Source: Octopus bimaculoides
Taxonomy: Eukaryota
Assembly: GCF_001194135.2 (NCBI RefSeq)
Contig: NC_068981.1
Span: 167,897,324-167,961,323, forward strand
DNA length: 64,000 bases
Direction: 5' to 3'
Shown here: piece by piece, positions 26,460 through 38,249 of the stretch
How positions within the stretch are numbered: position 1 is the stretch's first letter
How the letters are laid out: each line of letters starts with the position of its first letter
Position numbers and translations under genes: made by a program
The notes under the pieces: generated by a model
Told to the model about the DNA's origin: nothing
Databases searched by the model: none
Seen by the model: only the letters and a program-made list of their open reading frames with translations

Positions 26460-26690
26460 GAAGGCACGTGGTCTGCTTATTAGTGTGTGACCCTCGCAAT
26501 CGTAATATTATGGTTTCGATTCCTTGGCTGGGTGGTGCGTCGAGTTCTTGAGTAAATCGAATCATTTCATGTTACCTCGATCCACTCAGCTCTAAATGAG
26601 TTTCAACAGTAACTGGGCGGTTAACCCGGTGACTTACTAGTGTCCCATCTAGGGAGATGTGTTCTAATCTCAGTCATGTACTGCAGGTTA
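26460..26690 (+). mobile_element. tRNA-derived SINE, family D/E, diverged
   Basis: Head gaaggcacgtgg with B-box-like gtttcgattcc, followed by ccactcagct; related to the copy at 34283. Confidence 0.55.
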
Positions 26691-27785
26691 AGTTTCAACC
26701 TTACAAGCCCTTGGACTTAAGTCTAAATTCTATCATTTTAGACATAATGTATCAGTGTGTTCTTTAAGACGTTGAGGTGTGTTTTAAGGGATTACTGCTA
26801 TTGCTTCTAGCTCAAGCGACGGCGTAAAAGCTTCCTTGTTACTACTGTTGTCATAGTTTAGCCCCAAGTTATCTCTAGTCGAGCAGGATAGCCTGATCAT
26901 TGCACTTCGGTGATGATCAATTCGTGTTCGTCCCTAGACTCGATGCAGTCAGGATCACAATGCAACGTATGTAGCGTGAATGAAATTTAACTGGTATTTC
27001 TAGCAAGCCGAGCAACCACGTAATGACTTCCGTGTTGGCTTGTCGAATTATACGCCGGATTGTGGCTGTGGTTGCGGTAGCAGGAGGGATGCCTTAGTTT
27101 TCTTCTTGTCTTTTTATCTCGTCTTACTTAAGCCATTCCTAAACGTAAAATAAATACAAGAATTGGAAATGCCTAACAAACGAACAACAACTCATCAAAA
27201 AAATTATCTTAGACTGTTTTTTTTCTTCTTAAGATTTTGTTTTGTTTTAGAAGTCGAACAAAACAAAACAACCAAAAAGAAACGAAAATGAAAATATATA
27301 TAAATATATAAAACAAGAGTTTTGATGTAAAAACAAAGCGCTAAAAGTTGTACTTGTTATCGCTGTTATTGTCGTTGCCTGTGTTCTAGTAGTTGATGAT
27401 GATGATGATGATGGTGGTGGTAGCAGTTGTTGCTGGTGGTGATGGTAGTGGTACTGGTGTGGTGGGTCGGTTAGCGTTTCCATTTTATTTGAGTTTTTTT
27501 GTTTTTGTTCTATTGCTGTTGTTTTCTCAGGCAAAAAGAAACAACTACATAATTCGACAAAAAAAAATAATAATAATAATAAAAATTCAAAAGATCAATA
27601 AAACTGCAGTGTTTTGCTTAACAAATATATAGAACAGTGTTCGAAGTAGTTCAGACTTAATCTATAGTTGAATGTGTTCCATTTTGAATATGATTTTGTT
27701 GCTCTTATGGCTGGTTTTATTGTTACTTGTTATTTTGTTGTGTTTTTAGTTCTTGTTCTGTTCTCGTTGTTCTCCTTATTTACAG

Positions 27786-27846
<61 letters not shown>

Positions 27847-28067
27847 AGAGGAACGCGTGTGTGTGTTTGTGTATTTATGTATTTATAATGTAGTTGAGTG
27901 TATGTGTGTGCGTATTTTATACATACATTTATATATATATAGCACACATTTATATAATGCGATATATGCATGCGCACATACCCACAGTTATACATGTTTG
28001 ATATATATATATATACGTATGTATATACGTGTGTATGTGTATGTGTATGTGTATGTATGTATATATG

Positions 28068-28119
<52 letters not shown>

Positions 28120-29274
28120 NNNNNNNNNNNNNNNNNNNNNNNNNNNNNNNNNNNNNNNNNNNNNNNNNNNNNNNNNNNNNNNNNNNNNNNNNNNNNNNNN
28201 NNNNNNNNNNNNNNNNNNNNNNNNNNNNNNNNNNNNNNNNNNNNNNNNNNNNNNNNNNNNNNNNNNNNNNNNNNNNNNNNNNNNNNNNNNNNNNNNNNNN
28301 NNNNNNNNNNNNNNNNNNNNNNNNNNNNNNNNNNNNNNNNNNNNNNNNNNNNNNNNNNNNNNNNNNNNNNNNNNNNNNNNNNNNNNNNNNNNNNNNNNNN
28401 NNNNNNNNNNNNNNNNNNNNNNNNNNNNNNNNNNNNNNNNNNNNNNNNNNNNNNNNNNNNNNNNNNNNNNNNNNNNNNNNNNNNNNNNNNNNNNNNNNNN
28501 NNNNNNNNNNNNNNNNNNNNNNNNNNNNNNNNNNNNNNNNNNNNNNNTATATATATAAATATATATGCATGTGTATATATGTATATGGCTATTATATGTA
28601 TAGGCTTATATACGTGTCTGTGTAAGAGAGAGAGAGAGAGAGAAGAGAGATAGCATATGCGTATTTATATAAATATTCGTGCCTCCGTGTCTGTGTCTGT
28701 GTATGTTTTCGCTTGCGTTTGTCTAAACCCAAACTTTCTCTTTTAAGAGATATCGTTACGACCCTGCATCAACATATACTTAATAAAATGCTATATCTCT
28801 TTTACGTATGGGTAACAATTATGTATTGCAAGGAATAAATTCTCGGTCACTTACTCTGGCAGGCTGGTTTCAATTAGCCTTTGAAGACAATTTGTTGTTG
28901 TTTATCTTACTGACGTCTTTGAGGTTTTACATAAGTTTGACCACATCCCTTCTTAAACATTTCTGTCTCTCTACTTTTTTTTTAATGGTTTAATCAGAAA
29001 GAAAGGGACGGTTTCCATGACCTTCACAGGCCCTCCAAGGTTGGTGAGATTGATACAATTGTAGTAAGAACGTTTGTTAGTCGGCCTCTGCAGTAAAATG
29101 TATTTTGATGGTAGTTACTTCAAAGAAGAGCGAGAATGAAAGAAAAATAGATCTAAAGCTGGTATTATGGGCTCTAAACGTTCAGGAAGATAAGGAAATA
29201 CTTGAAACCATCTAATCATATATACCCTCTACAGTTTCTGCTATTTACCGCACTGACACGGCTAATATTGGTTT

Positions 29275-29455
29275 CTTATATTGGTCGGCACAGGGTCATA
29301 AATTTTGAGAGAATGGTGCAGTTGATCAAATTGAACCCATTATTAACTGGTACTGACTTTATGAACCCCACTTCCAGGAGTATGAAAGCAAAGTTGCATT
29401 CAGTGGAAAGTAAACACAGAACGTAAAGGGCCGCAGTTAAATAGCGTGAGGAATG
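29275..29455 (-). mobile_element. SINE family B, highly diverged
   Basis: Residual aactggtact..tttat, atgaaagcaaagt and cagaacgtaaag motifs. Confidence 0.5.
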
Positions 29456-30013
29456 TTGTCCATTTCTCATTGTTCTCTGTTAATTCATTTCCCTGACAAT
29501 GCATCGAATAACTACACATTTGTGGAGAACTTGGCAAACCGAAAGGAAAATTAGATTTAGCAATGGACCATAAACCATAGCTTCGGCTTACAATAAAATA
29601 CTTTCTACGAGTTAGCACAAGACCACACATTTGTTTACAGTGATTGAATCAATATATATAACAACAGCATAGCTAAGGAAAACTACCTCAGATGAGTGCT
29701 TTGTATACTAAATACACTTATGGCAGGGTCTCACGAATGTAATTTAGTGAGTTGAAAAACTTCAATCCATTACCCACGTATCACGAACTCTTTTCCTCTC
29801 TTTCCCTCCCCCTCTCTTTCCCTTTCTTAGCATAAATTGCAAATTTTACTGCAGTTCGATTTCGATTCAAACCTTAGGAGGACGAAACTAAATACTGAAA
29901 GATAGTTAGTTTTGGTCTTGCCCTCTTGTATTTGTACTCTTTTAATGACTGGAGATCATCGTGAAACAACAATTTTTCACATCTGTACAGAACAAAGTTA
30001 AAGGTAAATTACT

Positions 30014-30523
30014 TTAGGTTACTTTTTAGTTTACTTTTCAATTTCTAAAAACCCAAATGTTGGCCAAAGATTTTTATAATGTAATCAGCGACGAGACGAA
30101 GGTAGTTACCTTTTTACGGAAAAAATGGCCTTTTAGAAAATGTTGCCTCATGTCATCGTTGTGGAGAAATGAAGGAAGCTCGAAGAAAAGGGAAAAACGG
30201 TGAAAATGTGCTTACTTTATGTGGCAAAACTCACAAACTTGCTTACTTTAATTATATTATTTATTCTTGGTTTGTTATTATTGTTTACCAAGACAAATGA
30301 AACATGGTATTGTTGTTATTAAAACAGAAGGAATTTAAAAAAAAATACATTTACAATACTAATTATGTACAAAAGAATTTATAAAAACTTGAATAGCAAT
30401 TTGACAAGAGAGATGAAATACAAATTTTAATAATTTTATAGATGAAGAGCGAACATCTGCTAGAAACGCAAGAATATCTTAGGGGTTTTTAGAAATTGAA
30501 AAGTAAACTAAAAAGTAACCTAA
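30014..30523 (+). mobile_element. Merlin-like DNA transposon, non-autonomous, perfect 41-bp TIRs
   Basis: 30014-30054 and 30483-30523 are exact reverse complements. The ATG at 30057 with one frameshift gives MLAKDFYNVISDETKVVTFLRKNGLLENVASCHRCGEMKE, resembling the Merlin N-terminal FLxxxGLL..CxxC region. No 8-9 bp TSD found. Confidence 0.6.
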
Positions 30524-31239
30524 TCCCCCTTTATTTTGTAGATCACACGCCAAAGTAGAACCGAACAACATATTTAAGGTCCAGTAGATGGATATCTTTT
30601 ATTCATTTTACAGATTATTTTATTTATATATTTTTTTTTGAGTGAACGTGAATGATGGGATTTCAGCTCAAAATTGTAACGGATCATAACTAAATACCAC
30701 TAAGTATTTTGGACCTACAGTGTACTACGTTATCTGCCACTCTCTAACTTAGGCCTTTTATCTTTTTACAAACTGTAGTCGACCAGAACTAAATAGATCT
30801 TGGGAGATTTCGATTGTGGGTTTCCACAAAATTATTTATTTTCAAGTCATAGAAGCTCTTCTCGTCCTCATATTACTAGTTGTAGATTGAGGTTGGGGAG
30901 AAACCGCTCGCCCACCCGCAACAACAATAAGAAACAAACTGTAAGAACGACAACAGCTGCAAGTCGGAAAATCTATAACGTACACGATAACTTCGTACGC
31001 CTAGCTTGCAAAACCTGTAAGACAACATGATCACTCGATTTCACAAAGTTTCATCAAACGAATACTTCGATAATAAAGTATCATTAACGCTTTGTTTCAT
31101 GTAACAGTTCCGTCTTCGCTGATAATTAATTCTACTTAAACACACGGGACCATACATAGATATTACCTATGTCATGTATGTATATATATATATCCCGAGC
31201 TTATACATACATATATACATATGCGTTGTTTTATTTTTT

Positions 31240-31911
31240 GTTTCAGTCATTTGACTGCGACCATGCTGGAGCACCGCCTTTAATCGAATAAATCGCCCCC
31301 AGGACTTATTTGTAAGCGTAGTACTTATTCTATCGGTCTCTTTTGCCGAACTGCCAAGTTACGGAGACGTAAACACAACAGCATCGGTTGTCAAGCGAGG
31401 ATGGGGGGACAAACACAGGCACTCACACATACACACACATACACACACACACACACANNNNNNNNNNNNNNNNNNNNNNNNNNNNNNNNNNNNNNNNNNN
31501 NNNNNNNNNNNNNNNNNNNNNNNNNNNNNNNNNNNNNNNNNNNNNNNNNNNNNNNNNNNNNNNNNNNNNNNNNNNNNNNNNNNNNNNNNNNNNNNNNNNN
31601 NNNNNNNNNNNNNNNNNNNNNNNNNNNNNNNNNNNNNNNNNNNNNNNNNNNNNNNNNNNNNNNNNNNNNNNNNNNNNNNNNNNNNNNNNNNNNNNNNNNN
31701 NNNNNNNNNNNNNNNNNNNNNNNNNNNNNNNNNNNNNNNNNNNNNNNNNNNNNNNNNNNNNNNNNNNNNNNNNATCCACTCACAAGGCTTTGGTCGGTTC
31801 GAGGCTATAGTAGAAGACGCTTGCCTAAGTTACGGAGATGTAAACACACCAACATCGGTTGTCAAGCGAGGATGGGGGGACAAACACAGGCACTCACACA
31901 TACACACACAT

Positions 31912-31963
<52 letters not shown>

Positions 31964-32085
31964 GACGGGTTTCCTTCAGTTTCCATCTACCAAATCCACT
32001 CACAAGGCTTTGGTCGGTTCGAGGCTATGTAGTAGAAGATACTTGCCTAAGGTGCCACGCTATGGAGCTGAACCCAGAACCATGT
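31240..32085 (-). mobile_element. SINE family A with an internal tandem duplication of about 220 bp
   Basis: The body segment ttacggaga...gcctaag is present twice (31359-31829 spanning a gap, and 31830-32051). Confidence 0.85.
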
Positions 32086-32140
32086 ATGTATGTATGTATG
32101 TATGTATGTATGTGTGTGTGTGTGTATCATCTCTGTGGGT

Positions 32141-32266
32141 TTCAATGGAGCAAAGATCGCACCTTTTCAGACTGATGCTATCGATGTGGTTGGTTCACTT
32201 TAGTGAATTCGATAATTTTGATATCCCTAAGTCACCGCTGGTGGCTTTAGTGAGTCTTCTACTATT
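32141..32266 (-). repeat. Unclassified dispersed repeat, copy 1
   Basis: High visible identity to 37537-37661. Confidence 0.75.
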
Positions 32267-33007
32267 CATTTATTCCATCAATTGAGTTGTCTATACACTG
32301 AAGTGTCGTGCAAGTGGTTGAGTATTCCAAAAATACTTAAATTCTTAATGCCATCCTGAAGCAGAATGAGAGTGACATTGTGCTAAAAAGCTCGTCCGTG
32401 TACACCAGCACTCAATCATTCCTGTGCATTATCATTGTTGATGTGTCATAACAGCTGTGTAGATATCCAGACGTATTCTCTCGTCCAGAGAATTGCAAGT
32501 TCGTATCGTACCATATGTTGTATCGATACAGTGACAAATAACAAAAGAAAGTTGAAAAAAAAAACAAAAAAAAACCGATAAAGCGAATTGACATATAGTC
32601 AGGCGGCTTACAACGTCAAGATCGAATACTGACACGAAAGCGATCGTTTTTTATTTATTTATTTATTTATTTATTTATTTTCCTTTCCGACCAAATAACT
32701 CTCCCCGTCACGCACTCACACATATATATACACACACACATACACACAAACAAACATACATACACGCACCTGTGCATATATACATTACGTATACCACCTC
32801 TTCGTATTTACATTCACACCTACGCACGCATGCATACACGTACACGCAGAGCAATTCACAAATGTGCTCCTAACCTTGATTTTCCTCTTTCTCTCCTTTC
32901 TTCTCCCTCGTATTCATTCAAAAACGAAATCATATATGCGTGTGTGTGTGCGCGCGTGTACACAGGCACAACATTATCTTTAACTCTATCTCTATCTCTC
33001 TCCCTCT

Positions 33008-33045
<38 letters not shown>

Positions 33046-33735
33046 CTCTCCCTCTTATCCTCTCTCTCTCTCGCTTCATCTCTGTCTCTCTCTCACACAC
33101 ACACTCTGAATACACAACCAAACAATCCATACAGCACATTCTCTCGGAACTTCTTCACTTTTCGTTTTCTCTCATTCTCTCTCTGTCTCTCTCCTCTCCT
33201 ATCCTCTTCCTTTTCTCGATAAAGAAATAACACTGTGCGACTGTCATGCCTATCTACACTCAACCCACCGACACCATATTTCTTGCTACAGAACAATAAC
33301 TGAACACTATATCACATATATATATATAATTTTCTTTCGAAAAACATAGATGACGTAGAAGTGCTCAAGTCGAGCCCGAGGCCTAGACAAGTATAATAGA
33401 TACAATCTGACAGACTACGATTAACGTATACATATACGGGTTTAATTAGGATAAAATAAGAACTGTCCAATCAGAAACATATATAGAAATATGAGAATAT
33501 ATGAATACTAAAAATATACATGGAATACTAAAAATATACATAGACATATAGATACATAGTTATGTAAACATAATAATAATAATAGAATATAGATAAAAAT
33601 AATAATGGAATATAGAAAAAAGATGTTTTTAAAAATTCAAAATATAACATAGAGAAAGTAATAGGCATTAAAAAGAGTTTGGGGTAACATGTTAGAGGAA
33701 GATAAGGTGTTCCAACGATCGTTTCGGAGGTACAT

Positions 33736-33790
<55 letters not shown>

Positions 33791-34282
33791 GTATATATTT
33801 TTTATTTATGGGTTTCAGCCAGGTGGCTGCGGTCATGCTGGAGCACCATAACCTCACATCATTGAAGTAGTCGGCCCGAAACTTGAAAATTAACTTTTTC
33901 ATCGTATATCAAAATTATCCTCTCCTTTACTCTTCTTTTCTTCAGTTCGCAAGATAAATTACAGCGCGAGCCAATCTCATCGTTTGTAAATTCATCGTTA
34001 CACCAAATGTAACGTCCGTAAATTCATCGTAATGTTTTGTGTTTTTTTTTTGTTTTTTTTTGTTATTATCTACAGAGTTAATACAACGTTAAGTATTATT
34101 TTAATGTTTTATTCGAAGAGTAAATATGTAACATTTTCTTTACAAAACAAAACTTCATTGATATAAGTTTCCATCTAACGATCTAGAAATTTTTAGAAAT
34201 CTTGCGAATGCAGCCATGCGGGGATACTGTCTTGAATAATTCTACTCCAGTACTTATTTTTAAGACTGGTACTTAGTAGAGT

Positions 34283-34649
34283 GGAGGCGCAATGGCCCAG
34301 TGGTTAGGGCAGCGGAATCGCAGTTTCGATTCCCAGACCGGGCGTATTGAGTGTTTATTGAGCGAAAACACCTAAAGCTCTACGAGCCTCCGGCAGGGGA
34401 TGGTGGCGAACCCTGCTGTACTCTTTCACCACAACTTTCTCTCACTCTTACTTCCTGTTTCTGTTGTACCTGTAATTCAAAGGGCCAGCATTGTCACACA
34501 GTGTCACGCTGAATATCCCCGAGAACTACGTTAAGGGTACACGTGTCTGTGGAATGCTCAGCCACCTGCACGTTAATTTCACGAGCTGGCTGTTCCGTTG
34601 ATCGGATCAACCGGAACCCTCGTCGTCGTAAGTGACGGAGTGCAAACAA
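34283..34649 (+). mobile_element. tRNA-derived SINE, family D, near full length, inserted into a deleted SINE-A
   Basis: A-box tggcccagtgg and B-box gtttcgattccc. Flanks acttagtaga (34271-80) and acttagcaga (34650-59) form a probable TSD, and SINE-A pieces lie on both sides. Confidence 0.85.
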
Positions 34650-35065
34650 ACTTAGCAGAAGATACTTGCTGAAGGTACCGCGCAGTAAGACTGAACCCGA
34701 AACCATGTGGTTGCAAAGCCACACAAACTGACCTTCAAAAATTTCTGAATGTAGCCAAAGAGAAGCGTTTACAGCCTTCGCTCTTGAACTTCCACATTAT
34801 TTAAAAACGTGTTGGTACACTATTTTCAAACAGAAGAATAACGGAGATTATTTTCAAATCTCCGTTATTCTTCAAATCTCCGTTAATCAATAATCTTTTT
34901 GTCTTTTATATCTTTTCATCGTTAACAAAATGCGACATATTTCCTCTGCGAATAAGCAAAAAAAACAAAACAATAAATATTGTTTAGCGATGTATTTACT
35001 CTGCAGTTAAAAAGTTTAACGAAGAATCTATCAAAATTGTTTTCAGCATAAACATGGATTTATTT

Positions 35066-35293
35066 ATTTATTGCCCACAGGGGACTAAACATAAGGGAGA
35101 CAAACAAGGACAGTCAAAGGGATTAAGTCGATTGCATCGACCCCAGTGCGTAACTGGTACTTATTTAATCGACCCCAAAGGGATGAAAGGTAAAGTCGAC
35201 CTCGGCGTAATTTGAACTCAGAACATAACGGCAGACGAAATACCGTCCAGCATTTCGCCCGGCGTGCTAATGATTCTGCCAGCTCGCCGCCCT
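35066..35293 (-). mobile_element. SINE family B, full length, Tx1-like tail type
   Basis: The - strand head gggcggcgagctggcagaatc contains an A-box-like motif and B-box gttcaaattac; the tail is gtccctgtgggcaataaa. Confidence 0.9.
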
Positions 35294-37536
35294 ATGAACA
35301 TGAATTTATTGGCGATTTCTACGGTATAATTACTTGCGATGAAATTATCGAGGATGTATTTACCGCGTTGTAATTTATTAATGAATTTACTGGACACCGT
35401 CAATTAATTCAAATACTCTTATATTACAGTTAATTATTTTATCTATACAACCCCCCGAAAAAAATTCAAGATATTTTTTTAGTCAACATTGGATAGGGTC
35501 AAAATTAGAACACAGAATTCCACAACTAAATACCGTAAACATTATAGTTCTGACACTCTGCTAATTCTTCCATATCACCATTCTCGCCATCATTTATATT
35601 CAAAACGACCTCACGACTTTTCTTTATTATCTCATTTGTAAAGCAGGCCAAAATAATTCATCCAAGAAACACTGCTTAATAATGTAGTAAACAAATTAAT
35701 TACAATTAAAAAATTAAAATTAAAATTTTGCAATATTTGTTGATGTAATTACTTAATTACAGTCTTTTTTTTTTCTCTTGCTTGTTTTATGCAAAAATTC
35801 GTGTAATATGGTTCGCGTGGGGGCAAACTGATATTATTTTTATTAAATCTGATATGTAAAGAATTAATTTAATAAAGCTTCAGAAATCTCATCATGACTT
35901 TTAAGTGAATATAAAAATTAATTTTCTTTATTACTCGGACACAAACATGATAGACAGGGCAAAATTTTTTCATTACAATGGAAATAAAACATTTAAATGA
36001 ATTCCTACTATTTTTGGTAGGCTGATAGAAACAGTCTAGTAGCAAACAAAATACTCTGTGATATTTTATTACATTCCTGTAAGTTCTGAGTTCATATCCC
36101 TTCGATGTCATCTTTGTCTTTCATTTTTCTGAAGTCTAAAGAAGACAACATAAGTACTTTGCCTTGTTCCTATGTTTAAAAGTATCGTATATGAACTTTA
36201 AAATCTTGATGGTATGCTGGAAAGAGTAGAGCGCGCTATACTAGTGTATTGCACTTCTTTATTCCGTTTTTGTATTTGGTTTGCAAAATTCTTCATGTGA
36301 ATTTGCGTGTTGAAACAAATTCTGTCTGCACACCTTGTGTTGTGTCCTTGAAGCGAGAAGGAAAGTTGCGAAGTCATTGAAAAGGTCGCGGAAAGCGACG
36401 AAAGAACTTCGACTAACAAACAACCGATTGATTGTTTAAACTGCACATTAAACAAACGATCGTTTAGTTAATTTATTAAATATTTAACCAATTGACTAAC
36501 AATAAAGAAGTGGAACTGAACCTGTGAGTGTTATCATATTCATAGTTTAAATACTATTTGTGACAACTTGCTCACTAGGGTCGAAATATTTGCATTCGTG
36601 TATTCTACATTATTCTCTGTAATATCCGTTAATTTCAGTATCATACCTTTCTTTCAGTACATTTAGGTTTTGTGAGATAAAATATGATATTGTATTTGTC
36701 ATCTCTTATTTCCAGTTGAATGTGTCAACAACCTCAACCAAACCTTCCGTTAAAGTAAGAAATTATTGAAACAACCGTCAGAGATACATCTCCAAACTAA
36801 GGAAGCCAATTGCGTTTCTTGGTAAAAACGATTTCAGTTCCCTTACATCGCTGATACCCTTTGACAAAATGTGACTGGTATAACGTCCGATTTTTCAGAT
36901 AGCCTCCTAAATCAACGCAGACCACATATTTATGCGTGAATCAATTTAACTTCATACAGTTAGATGAGCTGAAAATAGCGTGGTTTCCTAATCTCAACTT
37001 GAACCGCGTCCATAAATTCAATCAACTTCAACGATTTTGTATGATGCTTTTACTTGTGATCAAAAGCATCTAATTATGAATGAGATTGACTGAGCGGATC
37101 TCCTCCTCTGAACTACTTTCACAAATTAGGAAGACTTTACATTGCGAACTTTCCGAAATGTTTCATCACTTTTACATTACTGACGCTGTTTTCAGGGGTA
37201 AAATTTCTGAACATGCAACACTTACTTGCATCGTTAACTGGGCTATTGAAGGTTAAGTTTTGTTCGTGGAAATAAGGTAACAGAGGCAAAGGAAACGAAA
37301 CGCTGGCCTCCTACTCGGCTGCTTAACCGATGCTTCGTTTACTCGGCGAGCTGCGTCACTTCATGGGATGACAATGCCATTCGGCAGCGTTCGAAATTCC
37401 TAAACTTCCTATGAAAATTATCAGTCCATCAGATCGTTTAGATTAGGACAGTAATCTGTTAAATTATTCATCAGCAACAGATTAAATGTGTATGTGAATA
37501 AATAAGCGTAGTTGTTTTTTTTAATATTTTTTTTTA

Positions 37537-37661
37537 TTCAATGGAGCAAAGATAGCACCTTTTGAGACTGATGCTATCGATGTAGTTGGTTCACTTTTCT
37601 GAGTTCGATAATTTTGATATCCCTAAGACACCACCGCTGTCTTGGTGAGTCTTCTACTATT
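37537..37661 (-). repeat. Unclassified dispersed repeat, copy 2, ending in AATAAA plus an A-rich tail on -
   Basis: Matches 32141-32266; T-rich run at 37515-37535. Confidence 0.75.
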
Positions 37662-38249
37662 ATACCTTGTAGATATTTATGAATATTGGTTTCGTCTTGG
37701 CTACGGAGAAGACGATATGATATTAACAACCAGAAATAAAGAGATATTATATTCACTGCCTTTGTGAAAGGCAGTGAATACTATATTGAATAGATCACCA
37801 TAGATTTCAACTTTCCAGGAATCGACAGAGAACATCACACTCAACTAGCCTAGAGATTTCTCCCCATATACGTCAGCGATATTGATTTTGAAGATCGATT
37901 CCTGAATTTGAAGGGAAATTAGGTGGGTTCTGTAGTAAAATGTTTTATGTGACTTGATCAAAGTGTTCCTAATGTCAATCGCTATCACACTCTATTCGTT
38001 GATGTAATAGGATAAATCTTAGTAATTTCAGGAGCATTCTTTTCTTTCTTTTTTTATTCCTTGTCGGTTTCAAATTGACCTTTTATTGTAATGGAACATA
38101 ACAGTAAATTTCACAGTCGTTGTAAACTTTTAACAAATGTCATGGATGTATGTACACACATATTAAACAACAGCTGAATACAAGGTACTATTCTTTGATG
38201 TAACTGATACACCAAATATGTGCGTGTGTTCGTATGTATGTATGTATGT

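Noticed and set aside
28846-28960. Possible - strand exon ending at GTAAGT
   Set aside because: All three frames contain stops.
34283-34340. tRNA-like sequence with A and B boxes
   Set aside because: The anticodon arm is deleted and it continues into a SINE body; it is a SINE head, not a tRNA gene. The same applies to the A and B family heads.
37196-37251. Possible exon GKISEHATLTCIVNWAIE (Ig-like ATLTC) after a good acceptor
   Set aside because: Its phase is incompatible with the 39-nt candidate upstream, the donor is weak, and the motif is too short to support.
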